Below the pieces are notes generated by a model, which was not told the origin of the DNA, ran no database searches, and saw nothing but the letters and a program-made list of their open reading frames with translations. A stretch of DNA of 51,410 nucleotides from an uncultured Gammaproteobacteria bacterium (GTDB lineage: Bacteria; Pseudomonadota; Gammaproteobacteria; Magnimaribacterales; TMED112), in the NCBI GenBank assembly GCA_913052565.1, contig CAJXFH010000004.1, positions 1 through 51,410 of the forward strand. Direction: 5' to 3'. This document shows positions 41,647 to 50,132 of the stretch, one piece after another (position 1 is the first letter of the stretch; every line of letters begins with the position of its first letter). Both the position numbers and the translations under genes were made by a program.

Positions 41647-42048
41647 ATGAATTTTGAGAATAAAGTATTTCCAAATGATGAACAGTTGCAGGGCTTTAAT
41701 GATGATCCGAATTTAGGACCAATCAAAATGCTTAATCTCCTCAAACTAAAGAAAAAAGCAGAATATGCTGATGGTCGAGAAACAAATCTTTCAGGTCTTG
41801 AAGCCTACATGCTTTATGGTGAAGAAGTACAACATCACCTAGAAAAAGTCGGTGCTAGGCTTGTTTTTAGTGGTCCAGTTTCCAGGCTCATGATTGGTGA
41901 AATCGAGGAGCTTTGGGATCTAGCTGCGGTTGCTGAATATCCTAATAGAGCTGCAATGCTTAAAATGATTACGGATCCTGACTACCTTAAAACTGCTGAA
42001 CATAGAGAAGCAGCGCTTAAAGGCCAACTTAATATAGAAATCTTGTGA
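41647..42048 (+). CDS. DUF1330-family protein
   Basis: It is 133 aa, and the AEYPNRAAMLKMITDPDY pattern is typical of DUF1330. It starts on the base after the ACAD stop. Confidence 0.6.
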   Translation: MNFENKVFPNDEQLQGFNDDPNLGPIKMLNLLKLKKKAEYADGRETNLSGLEAYMLYGEEVQHHLEKVGARLVFSGPVSRLMIGEIEELWDLAAVAEYPNRAAMLKMITDPDYLKTAEHREAALKGQLNIEIL

Positions 42049-42503
42049 AAAGATTTCTCCCTTCAGTAGCTGATAACAATTTTCATGGACCAAAAATAGC
42101 TTTTTATTTTTTTGTACTTTTTATGGTTGTTAATACTGTGAGAAGCTTAATTCATTTTTTTGCTGATGATGCTGGATTAAATTCTATTGCAAACATAATT
42201 ATTTTTGAGGGAGACCCTGATCCAAATAAAGTTATATATTTATTTGGCTCTCTTTGGGGGGAAATGCAATTACTTTGTTGTGCAATAAGTTGGATTGTTA
42301 TTTTTAAGTACAAGAGTTTAATTCCATTTATGTATTTCATTTGGCTAATGGAGTGGTTCTTAAGAGTAACTTTCATTAAATATAAGCATGGTCTGGATAC
42401 GCTCTATACTCTGGGCCCAACTCCTGGTTCTGACTATGCTCTTCTAGCAGTTGGTCTGTTGTTTATTTTTTTTATAATATCTTTAAGGGACTCCACTAAA
42501 TGA
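42045..42503 (+). CDS. Polytopic membrane protein (hypothetical)
   Basis: It is 152 aa with four hydrophobic segments. It uses a GTG start in a GTGA overlap. Confidence 0.45.
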   Translation: MKRFLPSVADNNFHGPKIAFYFFVLFMVVNTVRSLIHFFADDAGLNSIANIIIFEGDPDPNKVIYLFGSLWGEMQLLCCAISWIVIFKYKSLIPFMYFIWLMEWFLRVTFIKYKHGLDTLYTLGPTPGSDYALLAVGLLFIFFIISLRDSTK

Positions 42504-43552
42504 AAGTTTTTAAATATTTGTTGATAATATTATCTGCTGTTGTACTGCTAGGCTTACTTCTGATGCAGAATCATACAGTTCAAAATAAATTATTTGAGAG
42601 AACAGCAAAACAATTACTCACAGCAGAAGAAATATTCATGGAAGATGCTCTTTCAGTTGCAGTCTGTGGTTCAAGATCTCCATTACCTGGTCCAAATAGA
42701 GCAGAAACTTGTCTTCTAATACAAGCTGGTACATCTAAATTCATCATAGATCTTGGTCGAGGTAGTGGTGATAATCTACAAAAATGGCAAGTGGATTATT
42801 CTGATTTAGAAGCTGTTATTCTCAGTCATTTACATTCTGATCACATTAGTGATTTGGCAGAAATTCAATTTCAAACTTGGTTAGGAGGTAGAAAAGCTCC
42901 GCTTTCTGTGTTGGGACCAAAAGGAACAGAATCAACAGTCCAAGGTTTTGCGCAGGCTTTTAAATTAGATTCTATCTATAGAAGTGAGCATCATGGAGCA
43001 ATATTACCTATTGAGGCATATGGTTATGATGTTGTTGAGTTTGACGGAGATACTAACTTAATCTTTCAGAATGAAGATACTAAGATAACCGCTTTTAAAG
43101 TTGATCACTATCCTGTTGATCCCTCTTATGGTTTCAAAATCGAATATAAAGACCGATCAATTGTTATCAGTGGTGACACAATCGCTTTGGAGGAAATGGT
43201 TGAATATTCAGAAGGGGTCGATGTGCTGTTCCATGAAGCTTTGGCTAAACCTTTGATTCAAAGAATGGAAAAAATTTCTGACGAGATTGGTAATGATGTT
43301 ATTTCAAAAGTTTTATTTGATATTCAGGATTACCATGCCACTACCATTGAAGTGGCAGAAATAGCTAAGAGATCAGAAGTAGGTTTGCTTGTCTTTTATC
43401 ACCTAATTCCTGCTCCTAGAAATTATGTTAGTGAACAAATGTTCTTAAGGGGTGTTGATGATATTTTTAAAAATTATCATGTCTCAGATGATGGAAGCTT
43501 AGTAAGTTTACCTTCAGGAAGTGATGAAATTATTCTCTCATCAATCGATTAG
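42500..43552 (+). CDS. MBL-fold metallo-hydrolase (RNase Z/Lactamase_B_2-like), N-terminally anchored
   Basis: It has an N-terminal TM/signal, the motif LSHLHSDHISD and a later ISGDT...HEA pattern. Confidence 0.75.
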   Translation: MKVFKYLLIILSAVVLLGLLLMQNHTVQNKLFERTAKQLLTAEEIFMEDALSVAVCGSRSPLPGPNRAETCLLIQAGTSKFIIDLGRGSGDNLQKWQVDYSDLEAVILSHLHSDHISDLAEIQFQTWLGGRKAPLSVLGPKGTESTVQGFAQAFKLDSIYRSEHHGAILPIEAYGYDVVEFDGDTNLIFQNEDTKITAFKVDHYPVDPSYGFKIEYKDRSIVISGDTIALEEMVEYSEGVDVLFHEALAKPLIQRMEKISDEIGNDVISKVLFDIQDYHATTIEVAEIAKRSEVGLLVFYHLIPAPRNYVSEQMFLRGVDDIFKNYHVSDDGSLVSLPSGSDEIILSSID

Positions 43553-44649
43553 CCTTCGTATGTAACCCTGTAAATCACTCCATCGTGATCATCAGAAATT
43601 AACATTGAACCATCTTTGAGCATTAGAGGTGCTGCAGGCCTTCCCCAATATTCCTCGCCTACAAGCCAGCCTGTCATGAAAGTTTCTGCAGAAACTACTT
43701 GATTGTCCTCAAATTTCATGAATAAAACTTCATAACCAACTTTACTAGATCTATTCCATGAACCGTGTTGTGCTACAAACAAACCATTTTTATAGTGGTC
43801 AGGGAACATGTTTCCAGAATAAAACTTTACCCCGAGCGGCGCTGAGTGAGCTTGAAATTCCCAAACAGGTCTTGTGAACTTAAATGAGTCATTAGCTATG
43901 AATTTGTCATCCTTTATGCCTTTCCCATGAAAAAAAGGAAAACCAAAATGTTCGCCATTAGTTGAGACCTTATTCAACTCACATGGAGGTATATCATCTC
44001 CCATCCAGTCACGACCATTATCTGTAAAATACATTTCTCCCGTTATCGGATGCCAATCAAATCCAACACTATTTCTGACTCCGTCAGCGTAAATGGTTAA
44101 ATCATCTTCTTGTAGTTTTAAAATTGTTCCAAACCTTGAGTCAGTGTCATCACAAACATTGCATGGCACGCCCTCTGAGATATAAAGTGCACCATCCGGA
44201 CCAAAATCAATCCATTTCCATCCATGATGGAATTTTTTTACAGGGTTTAACATTCCTTTCCTAGGCAAATCATCAAAATAAACTTTTGAAATTATTTCAC
44301 CACCAGAATTAATTTGTTGTTCAACATTCTCAACAACTATAATTTGGTCTATTTCTGCAATGAATAAATGCCCATCTTTGATAGCAACGCCTGTTGGTAG
44401 AGAGAGATCAGTTAACAAGACTCTTACATCATTTGGATTTACCTTATCTATAATGTGAACTTTTCCAGCAGATCTGCTGCCGACGAATATAAAATTTTCA
44501 CCTTCTACCATCTGTCTAGGATTTTCGATTGACTCTGTATAAGTAGCAATTTTAAAACCATCAGCTACTTTTAATTTTTCAACGTCAGCACTTATAAAAG
44601 CGCTTATTAATGTGATTAAGAGAAATATTTTTTTGTGTAAATTGTTCAT
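43549..44649 (-). CDS. PQQ-dependent sugar (glucose/sorbosone) dehydrogenase-family beta-propeller, secreted
   Basis: It has a signal peptide, plus RNSVGFDWHPITGEMYFTDNGRDWMGDDIPPCELN and GEHFGFPFFHG, which match the soluble aldose/sorbosone dehydrogenase family pattern. Confidence 0.75.
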   Translation of the reverse strand: MNNLHKKIFLLITLISAFISADVEKLKVADGFKIATYTESIENPRQMVEGENFIFVGSRSAGKVHIIDKVNPNDVRVLLTDLSLPTGVAIKDGHLFIAEIDQIIVVENVEQQINSGGEIISKVYFDDLPRKGMLNPVKKFHHGWKWIDFGPDGALYISEGVPCNVCDDTDSRFGTILKLQEDDLTIYADGVRNSVGFDWHPITGEMYFTDNGRDWMGDDIPPCELNKVSTNGEHFGFPFFHGKGIKDDKFIANDSFKFTRPVWEFQAHSAPLGVKFYSGNMFPDHYKNGLFVAQHGSWNRSSKVGYEVLFMKFEDNQVVSAETFMTGWLVGEEYWGRPAAPLMLKDGSMLISDDHDGVIYRVTYEG

Positions 44650-44736
44650 ATTATGTTAGTCTAATTTTCCCATTGAATTTATGTAATTAATCTCAAATTT
44701 ATATGGTAATAATTAACAGTTAAACAAGAGGAACAA

Positions 44737-47205
44737 ATGAATAAGATATTTAGTCTACTATTAACAACAATGTTTATTTCTGCATATCCAGGCATGCCAG
44801 AAAACATACCACCAGAAGCACTTAAAAAAATGCCACCGGAAATGATGGAAAGATTCATGTCGGGTATGGGGGATGATGATGAATTTGAAACACTGGCAGA
44901 TTTTTTTGCTGATAATGAAATTGAAACATCTGAAGGATTTCTAACTCTGCATAGGAATGTAGAAGAAGACGAATATTTCCTTGAGTTAACAGAAGAAGAT
45001 CTAGATAGAGAATTTATTTACTTTGCTTATCTGCTTAACGCTCCTCAAGCAGCAGGTGTTAGAGGTGGAGCTATCGGTCAGGGTGCGATTCTGGAATTTA
45101 GAAGATTTAAAGATGGGTTAGCTCTATATAAAAAGAACACTTACTTTTCGAATGAAACTGATAATAATATTGGAAAAGCTGATCTAACAAATATTGTTGA
45201 AGCTTTTTTAGAAAATTTTTCAATTGTTGTTGAAGATGAAGGCAAGATCATTATTTCAGTTGATGATTTGTTTAAATCCGAAACACTGACTAATGTTTCA
45301 CCTAATTTGCCACCAGAGTATAGAGACTTTGTAGCATTGAATTTGGGTAGACTCGATAGCAGTAAAACCTTTGTAAACCAGGTCAGGAACTACCCAAAAA
45401 ATACTGCTGTAGAGGTTGTTTTTGGGTTTTCGAATTCTAATCCTAATCAAAGAAGAGCTGTCTATGCAGTGGCTGACGCAAGATATACTTCAATTTCAGG
45501 GAGACACTTATTCGTTGAAATGCCTGATGATGGCTTTGAACCAAGAATTGCTGATCAAAGAGTTGGTTACTTTTCACAAAGAGTCACAGATATGTCTACT
45601 TATGACAACTATCCACAAAGAGACTTAATTAATAAGTGGAGACTCGTTAAGAAAGACCCATCAGCAGAATTATCAGAACCCGTAGAACCAATAGTTTTTT
45701 GGGTCGATAAAGCAACGCCTGAGGAAATTAAACCAATGGTAGTTAAGGGAATTGAGGCATGGAATTTTGCATATGAAAGAGCAGGTTTTAAAAATGCTGT
45801 TGTAGCAAAAATTCAACCAGACGATTCTGAATGGGATGCTGGTGATGTGCAGTATAACGTTGTTAGATGGTCATCCTCACCAGAGCCAGGTTTTTCTGGT
45901 TATGGTCCTAGTATAGGAAACCCTAGAACTGGAGAACTTATTGCTGCGGATATTGTGCAAGAGTTTAATGCTATCAAAAGAGGTTACAACTACAGAAAAC
46001 TTTGGGGTTGGACACCAGAAAATGATCCATTAGAGCAATGGATTGTTAGTTTAACAATGCATGAGGTTGGCCACACCATAGGCTTGAGACATAACTTTAG
46101 TGCTAGCTACTTATATGGACCAAGAGAAGTTCATGATAAAAGTGTTACTGGTAATGTAACAATAGCCTCAATAATGGATTATGACCCTATAAATTTAGCA
46201 CCTCCAGGCATGGAGCAAGGAATGTATTTCCCAACCGAGCCAGGTGAGTACGACCGTTGGGCAATAGAGTTTGCTTACACACCCAATCTAACAGAAGAAG
46301 CTAGAGCTAAATTATTAGCTAAATCTGTAGAGCCTCCTTATACATATGGCCCTGATGGAGATGCAATGTCCTCTCCAGGTCGAAATATTGATCCAAGAGC
46401 AAAAAGATATGATATGTCTAATGACGTTGTTACCTACACTGCTGATAGGTTTATGACAATTGATAACAAAATTGCTGAACTTAATGAGATCTATGCTGAT
46501 GAAGGTGAGACTAAAAATGATTTCACTAACTCTTTTTACAGTCTTGTTACCGAGAAAGGTAGATTCATGGATGCAGTTTCTAGACAAATTGGCGGTGTTT
46601 ACGTTACTAAATTAGTTAATGGACAAGATGACGTTAATGCATATGAACCAGTACCTTACGAAAAACAAAAAGCCGCAATGGACTTAATTACTTCAAAATT
46701 CTTGGCTAATGGTGTCTGGAGTTTTGATCCTGAAATACTAAAAAACTTACAGAGAGAAAAAAGAGCTACTGGCTACTCTAGTGGTGGCAATGAAGATCCA
46801 AGGTTACATGACATGGTTTTAGGAATGCAGGGCAGGGTTCTAGCAGCATTGCTTCATCCAAATGTTATGACAAGACTGGTTGATTCAGCTCAATATGGCA
46901 ATACGTACATGCCAAATGAAGTTTTAGAAGATTTATTTCAAGGAATTTTTGTGAAGGGTGAAACTCCTGATACTTTCAAAAGAAATCTTCAATCAGTATA
47001 TGTTGATGGTCTTATCAGTGCTTTTGCAGAAGATAGTGATTACGATGAAATTTCAAAAGCAGCAGTATTTAAATCTCTAAAAAATGTGCAAAAATTTACA
47101 AAAGGAACTGCTAGAGATCCTGGTGTAAAAGCTCATTACGAGTACTTAAACTGGAAAGTAAATAATTTCTTTGATGGCAAAGCATTTAACTTTCTCGAAA
47201 AGTAA
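44737..47205 (+). CDS. Large secreted zinc metalloprotease (DUF5117/DUF4953-type)
   Basis: It has a signal peptide, the zincin motif MHEVGHTIGLRHNF, and a downstream SIMDY; length is 822 aa. Confidence 0.85.
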   Translation: MNKIFSLLLTTMFISAYPGMPENIPPEALKKMPPEMMERFMSGMGDDDEFETLADFFADNEIETSEGFLTLHRNVEEDEYFLELTEEDLDREFIYFAYLLNAPQAAGVRGGAIGQGAILEFRRFKDGLALYKKNTYFSNETDNNIGKADLTNIVEAFLENFSIVVEDEGKIIISVDDLFKSETLTNVSPNLPPEYRDFVALNLGRLDSSKTFVNQVRNYPKNTAVEVVFGFSNSNPNQRRAVYAVADARYTSISGRHLFVEMPDDGFEPRIADQRVGYFSQRVTDMSTYDNYPQRDLINKWRLVKKDPSAELSEPVEPIVFWVDKATPEEIKPMVVKGIEAWNFAYERAGFKNAVVAKIQPDDSEWDAGDVQYNVVRWSSSPEPGFSGYGPSIGNPRTGELIAADIVQEFNAIKRGYNYRKLWGWTPENDPLEQWIVSLTMHEVGHTIGLRHNFSASYLYGPREVHDKSVTGNVTIASIMDYDPINLAPPGMEQGMYFPTEPGEYDRWAIEFAYTPNLTEEARAKLLAKSVEPPYTYGPDGDAMSSPGRNIDPRAKRYDMSNDVVTYTADRFMTIDNKIAELNEIYADEGETKNDFTNSFYSLVTEKGRFMDAVSRQIGGVYVTKLVNGQDDVNAYEPVPYEKQKAAMDLITSKFLANGVWSFDPEILKNLQREKRATGYSSGGNEDPRLHDMVLGMQGRVLAALLHPNVMTRLVDSAQYGNTYMPNEVLEDLFQGIFVKGETPDTFKRNLQSVYVDGLISAFAEDSDYDEISKAAVFKSLKNVQKFTKGTARDPGVKAHYEYLNWKVNNFFDGKAFNFLEK

Positions 47206-47210
47206 TTTAG

Positions 47211-47287
47211 AGACCCGTAGCTCAGCTGGTTAGAGCGCTGTCTTGACATGGCAGAGGTCGTTGGTTCAAATCCAATCGGGTCTACCA
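47211..47287 (+). tRNA. tRNA-Val (anticodon GAC), CCA encoded
   Basis: Manual cloverleaf: acceptor AGACCCG/CGGGTCT, D-arm GCTC-AGCTGGTTA-GAGC, anticodon arm CTGTC-TTGACAT-GGCAG, variable AGGTC, T-arm GTTGG-TTCAAAT-CCAAT, then A-CCA. It closely resembles E. coli tRNA-Val(GAC). Confidence 0.92.
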
Positions 47288-47294
47288 TTTGACT

Positions 47295-47317
47295 TAATAT
47301 AAATATCGTTTATATTA
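47295..47317. repeat. Perfect 9-bp inverted repeat (AT-only hairpin) between tRNA-Val and the pseudoazurin gene
   Basis: The arms are TAATATAAA (47295-47303) and TTTATATTA (47309-47317), with loop TATCG. It could be a weak tRNA terminator or an operator, and chance is not excluded. Confidence 0.3.
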
Positions 47318-47340
47318 CATCATATTAAATTCTTATATAT

Positions 47341-47772
47341 ATGAAAAACATAGTATTATTCTTACTTCTATCGTTTTCAAGTATCGCTTTTTCAGCAGAA
47401 CATGAGATTAAAATGCTCAACTTTGGATCTGAAGGCGGTATGGTATTTGAGCCAGGCTTTCTCAAAGTAAATGTAGGCGACAAAGTGAACTTTGTTGCAG
47501 TAGATATTTCTCATAATACAGAATCAGTTGAAGGCTTGATTCCTGCGGGAGCAACAAGCTGGAAAGGTGAGATTAACGAAAATGTTAGTGTTGTGATTGA
47601 TAAAGAGGGTGTTTATGTCTACCAGTGTACCCCGCACATCATCTTAGGAATGGTAGGTGTAATACAAGCAGGTGAGCCAGTAAACAAAGACGAAGTTATG
47701 GCAAATGTTGGCAAAATTACCATTGCTGTAAACTCTGAGAGACTCACTAACTACCTAGCACAAGTTAATTAG
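47341..47772 (+). CDS. Pseudoazurin (type 1 blue copper protein)
   Basis: It has a signal peptide and is collinear with Alcaligenes pseudoazurin: EIKMLNFGSEGGMVFEPGFLKV. Cu ligands are His (ISHN) and CTPHIILGM (Cys-x2-His-x4-Met). Confidence 0.9.
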   Translation: MKNIVLFLLLSFSSIAFSAEHEIKMLNFGSEGGMVFEPGFLKVNVGDKVNFVAVDISHNTESVEGLIPAGATSWKGEINENVSVVIDKEGVYVYQCTPHIILGMVGVIQAGEPVNKDEVMANVGKITIAVNSERLTNYLAQVN

Positions 47773-48634
47773 AATCAAAAAATATTAACGCAGCAGCTCG
47801 AGACATTTTAGAGTTGCTGTGAGCTACCCCTGGCACAATCTGAAATTCCCAATTAAATTCAAGGTTATTTTGTTGAGTAATGGATTCTGTGTATTCGAAA
47901 AAATTGTTTGCTCTTTGAAATCTATTAAAACCTTGTTTTTGAGCGCCTTCCGACTGATTAACGGAAGAGTCAACGTCTGTATCTTTAGACCCAATAAGAA
48001 TATGAAGATTCGTCTTCAAGAATTTCTTTACATTTGAATCATTCAATGAAACAGGAGGATTTTTTATTCCGTAAGGAAAATTTGCTCCATTTAAAAAAGT
48101 ATACCAACCTGCATTAGCTGCAATTGCTATGTCAACAGCAGGTGAGTCAGACGTTAGTAAGTATCTGTGAACAAATTGTGCTCCAGCAGAATGGCCGTAA
48201 ATATTGTATTTTTTGTCATTAAGGCCGAATAAGCTCTTAATATGCACGAAGAGTTCATCTATTGAATTATTAAGGTATAGGGTCCTATTTTCACGAATAA
48301 CACCCTTAGAGGTCGACATTTGGAGAGTATTAAAGCTTGGAAATTGTGATCGTTTAAAATGTGGTGCAAAAAGTGCGACATTTTTATCATCAGCCCTATC
48401 AATCCAGGTTTCTAGATAGTTATCAGCATTTCTAGAATTACCGTGAATAATGAATATAACCTCAGTATCTTCATCAATTACATCCGGTAAATGATAATAG
48501 ACGTCTAAATTAGGCTTTGACCAAGTTTTATAGGTAAATTTATCCAGTTTCATCCCATATTGTAAAAAACTTATAAAAATTAAAGGATAAATGGCAAATC
48601 TTAAAAATTTCACATATAAATTGTAACAATACAA
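47765..48634 (-). CDS. Alpha/beta-fold esterase/hydrolase
   Basis: It has the nucleophile elbow GHSAG (IYGHSAGAQF), HGN near the N-terminus (oxyanion-like) and a C-terminal His (VAHSN). The hydrophobic N-terminus may be a signal/anchor. An alternative start is M28 (nt 48553). Confidence 0.7.
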   Translation of the reverse strand: MYCYNLYVKFLRFAIYPLIFISFLQYGMKLDKFTYKTWSKPNLDVYYHLPDVIDEDTEVIFIIHGNSRNADNYLETWIDRADDKNVALFAPHFKRSQFPSFNTLQMSTSKGVIRENRTLYLNNSIDELFVHIKSLFGLNDKKYNIYGHSAGAQFVHRYLLTSDSPAVDIAIAANAGWYTFLNGANFPYGIKNPPVSLNDSNVKKFLKTNLHILIGSKDTDVDSSVNQSEGAQKQGFNRFQRANNFFEYTESITQQNNLEFNWEFQIVPGVAHSNSKMSRAAALIFFDSN

Positions 48635-48637
48635 AAA

Positions 48638-48836
48638 TTAAAACACTAATAAATATATTTTGAACACTATAAAATAGTTAAAAGGCTTTTAAAATAATGT
48701 TTTTATGTATTAATATTATAATTTTGAACACTGATAATTGTTAAATATACAAGATTTTTCCATTTGAACACTAATATTCGATTAATTTTGAACACTATTA
48801 TCATATTTGAACACTAAAAAATGAATTTTGAACACT
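48638..48836 (+). repeat. Array of direct repeats: six exact copies of TTTGAACACT plus one degenerate copy, consensus A(T)TTTGAACACTA
   Basis: Exact copies lie at 48659-48668, 48723-48732, 48763-48772, 48787-48796, 48806-48815 and 48827-48836. A degenerate copy TTAAAACACTA lies at 48638-48648. All are in one orientation. Start-to-start spacing is 21, 64, 40, 24, 19 and 21 nt. Spacers are unrelated AT-rich sequence. Confidence 0.9.
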
Positions 48837-48847
48837 ACTAATTCTAT

Positions 48848-49234
48848 TTAATCCTTATAAACAAAGGATTTAAGTAATATATAGTTAAGTGGAATGATAC
48901 AAATTATAGTGATAATAATCTTGATTTGATCAATAAGTAGGTCTTGTATAATTTTATCAGTGATAAAAGTAATAAATAAACCAGCACACGAAAGAACAAT
49001 AAATCTCAATAACCTATGAATTTCAATATTTTTACTAAATGTCCATATTGAATTTAATACAAATGAATTAATTAGTGCTACCAGAAAGCCTGTAAAGTTT
49101 GCTATCAGGAACATATAGCCTTCTTTTATAAGGTAATAAGCTAGAAAGTAGTGAATCAAAGTATTTGACAGGCCAACTATGCAAAACTTTATAAATGTCT
49201 TTGAATTACTTTTTATGAACTCTTTTAACAACAT
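48848..49234 (-). CDS. GtrA-family membrane protein
   Basis: It is 128 aa with four TM segments and the N-terminal FIKFCIVGLSNTLIHYFLAYYL typical of GtrA-like proteins. It overlaps the upstream GT2 gene by 29 nt. Confidence 0.75.
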   Translation of the reverse strand: MLLKEFIKSNSKTFIKFCIVGLSNTLIHYFLAYYLIKEGYMFLIANFTGFLVALINSFVLNSIWTFSKNIEIHRLLRFIVLSCAGLFITFITDKIIQDLLIDQIKIIITIICIIPLNYILLKSFVYKD

Positions 49235-50132
49235 AGATTGGCCTTTCCTTAACTTCCATATAGATTCTGCCTATATATTCTCCAATCAGCCCTATGCTAA
49301 TGAGCTGTAAACTGCCTAGGAATAAGATAAATATCAGGATAGAGGCGTAACCTGGTACATCTACACCAAAAATAAGAGTTCTCGTGAGTATGAAAAGAGC
49401 ATATATAAGAGATATAAAGGCTATTAAGACACCTATATATGTCCAAACCTTTATAGGCATTGAGCTAAAGCTCGTAATACCATCAACTGCAAAATTCCAT
49501 AATTTCCATATTGTAAATTTTGTTTCACCTTTTTTCCTTTGAGGTCTTTTGTAGTCAATTGTTGTAGTTTTGAAACCAACCCAAGATAGGATGCCTTTCA
49601 TAAATCTATTTTTTTCTCTTAATCTTCTAATTTCTTGCACAACTTGGGCAGTCATTGCCCGATAATCACCTACATTTTCAGGTATTTGATGTTCTGAAAA
49701 AGCATTATGTGCTTTATAGAATAGTCTGGCACTTATTCTTTTAAAGAAAGTATCTTCAGAGCGATCTGTTCTTGTTGCTGTTACAACCTCATAACCATCA
49801 TTAAGTTCATTTAACATCTGTATTATTAAATTAGGCGGGTCTTGAAGATCTGAATCTATAACTATTGCAATATCAGCATTAAAATGATCAAGACCAGCAG
49901 TTATAGCGGACTCCTTCCCAAAATTTCTGGAAAATTCTATGATTTCAATCGTTTTACTTTCTTGGTGTGTAATTAGTTTTGTTAAAGTTTGATCATTTGA
50001 GCCATCATCAATACAAATATAAGAAAAATTATATGAGCCTAACTCATCTGTGACTTTTGAGACCTCTTCAAAGAAAACATCAACATTTTCTTCCTCGTTG
50101 TAAAAGGGTGTAATTATAGTTACAGTTTTCAT
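49206..50132 (-). CDS. Family 2 glycosyltransferase, polyprenyl-phosphate sugar transferase type (GtrB/ArnC/DPM1-like)
   Basis: It has VTIITPFYNEEENV, CIDDGSND and a DxD motif (VIDSDLQDPP), with two C-terminal TM helices. An AAAGG SD-like sequence sits 6 nt before the ATG. Confidence 0.88.
   Translation of the reverse strand: MKTVTIITPFYNEEENVDVFFEEVSKVTDELGSYNFSYICIDDGSNDQTLTKLITHQESKTIEIIEFSRNFGKESAITAGLDHFNADIAIVIDSDLQDPPNLIIQMLNELNDGYEVVTATRTDRSEDTFFKRISARLFYKAHNAFSEHQIPENVGDYRAMTAQVVQEIRRLREKNRFMKGILSWVGFKTTTIDYKRPQRKKGETKFTIWKLWNFAVDGITSFSSMPIKVWTYIGVLIAFISLIYALFILTRTLIFGVDVPGYASILIFILFLGSLQLISIGLIGEYIGRIYMEVKERPIYVVKRVHKK

Noticed and set aside
48638-48836. Could the repeat array be a CRISPR array?
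   Set aside because: The conserved unit is only 10-13 nt, whereas CRISPR repeats are typically about 24-48 nt. The spacers range from 9 to 54 nt and are simple AT-rich sequence. The repeat has no dyad symmetry, and there are no cas genes in the window.
48638-48836. Could the repeat array be oriC with DnaA boxes?
   Set aside because: TTTGAACACT matches the DnaA box TTATCCACA at only about 5 of 9 positions. No dnaA, dnaN, gidA or mioC-type genes are nearby, and the motif is strictly unidirectional. A plasmid-like iteron or partition function is kept only as a hypothesis in the findings.
47211-48847. Could a genomic island be integrated at tRNA-Val (tRNA, then pseudoazurin and esterase, then the repeat array)?
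   Set aside because: There is no integrase, recombinase or other mobility gene. I could find no direct repeat of the tRNA-Val 3' end. The shared GTTCAAA between the tRNA T-loop and the reverse-complemented repeat motif is only 7 nt. Composition is indistinguishable by eye from the rest of the window.
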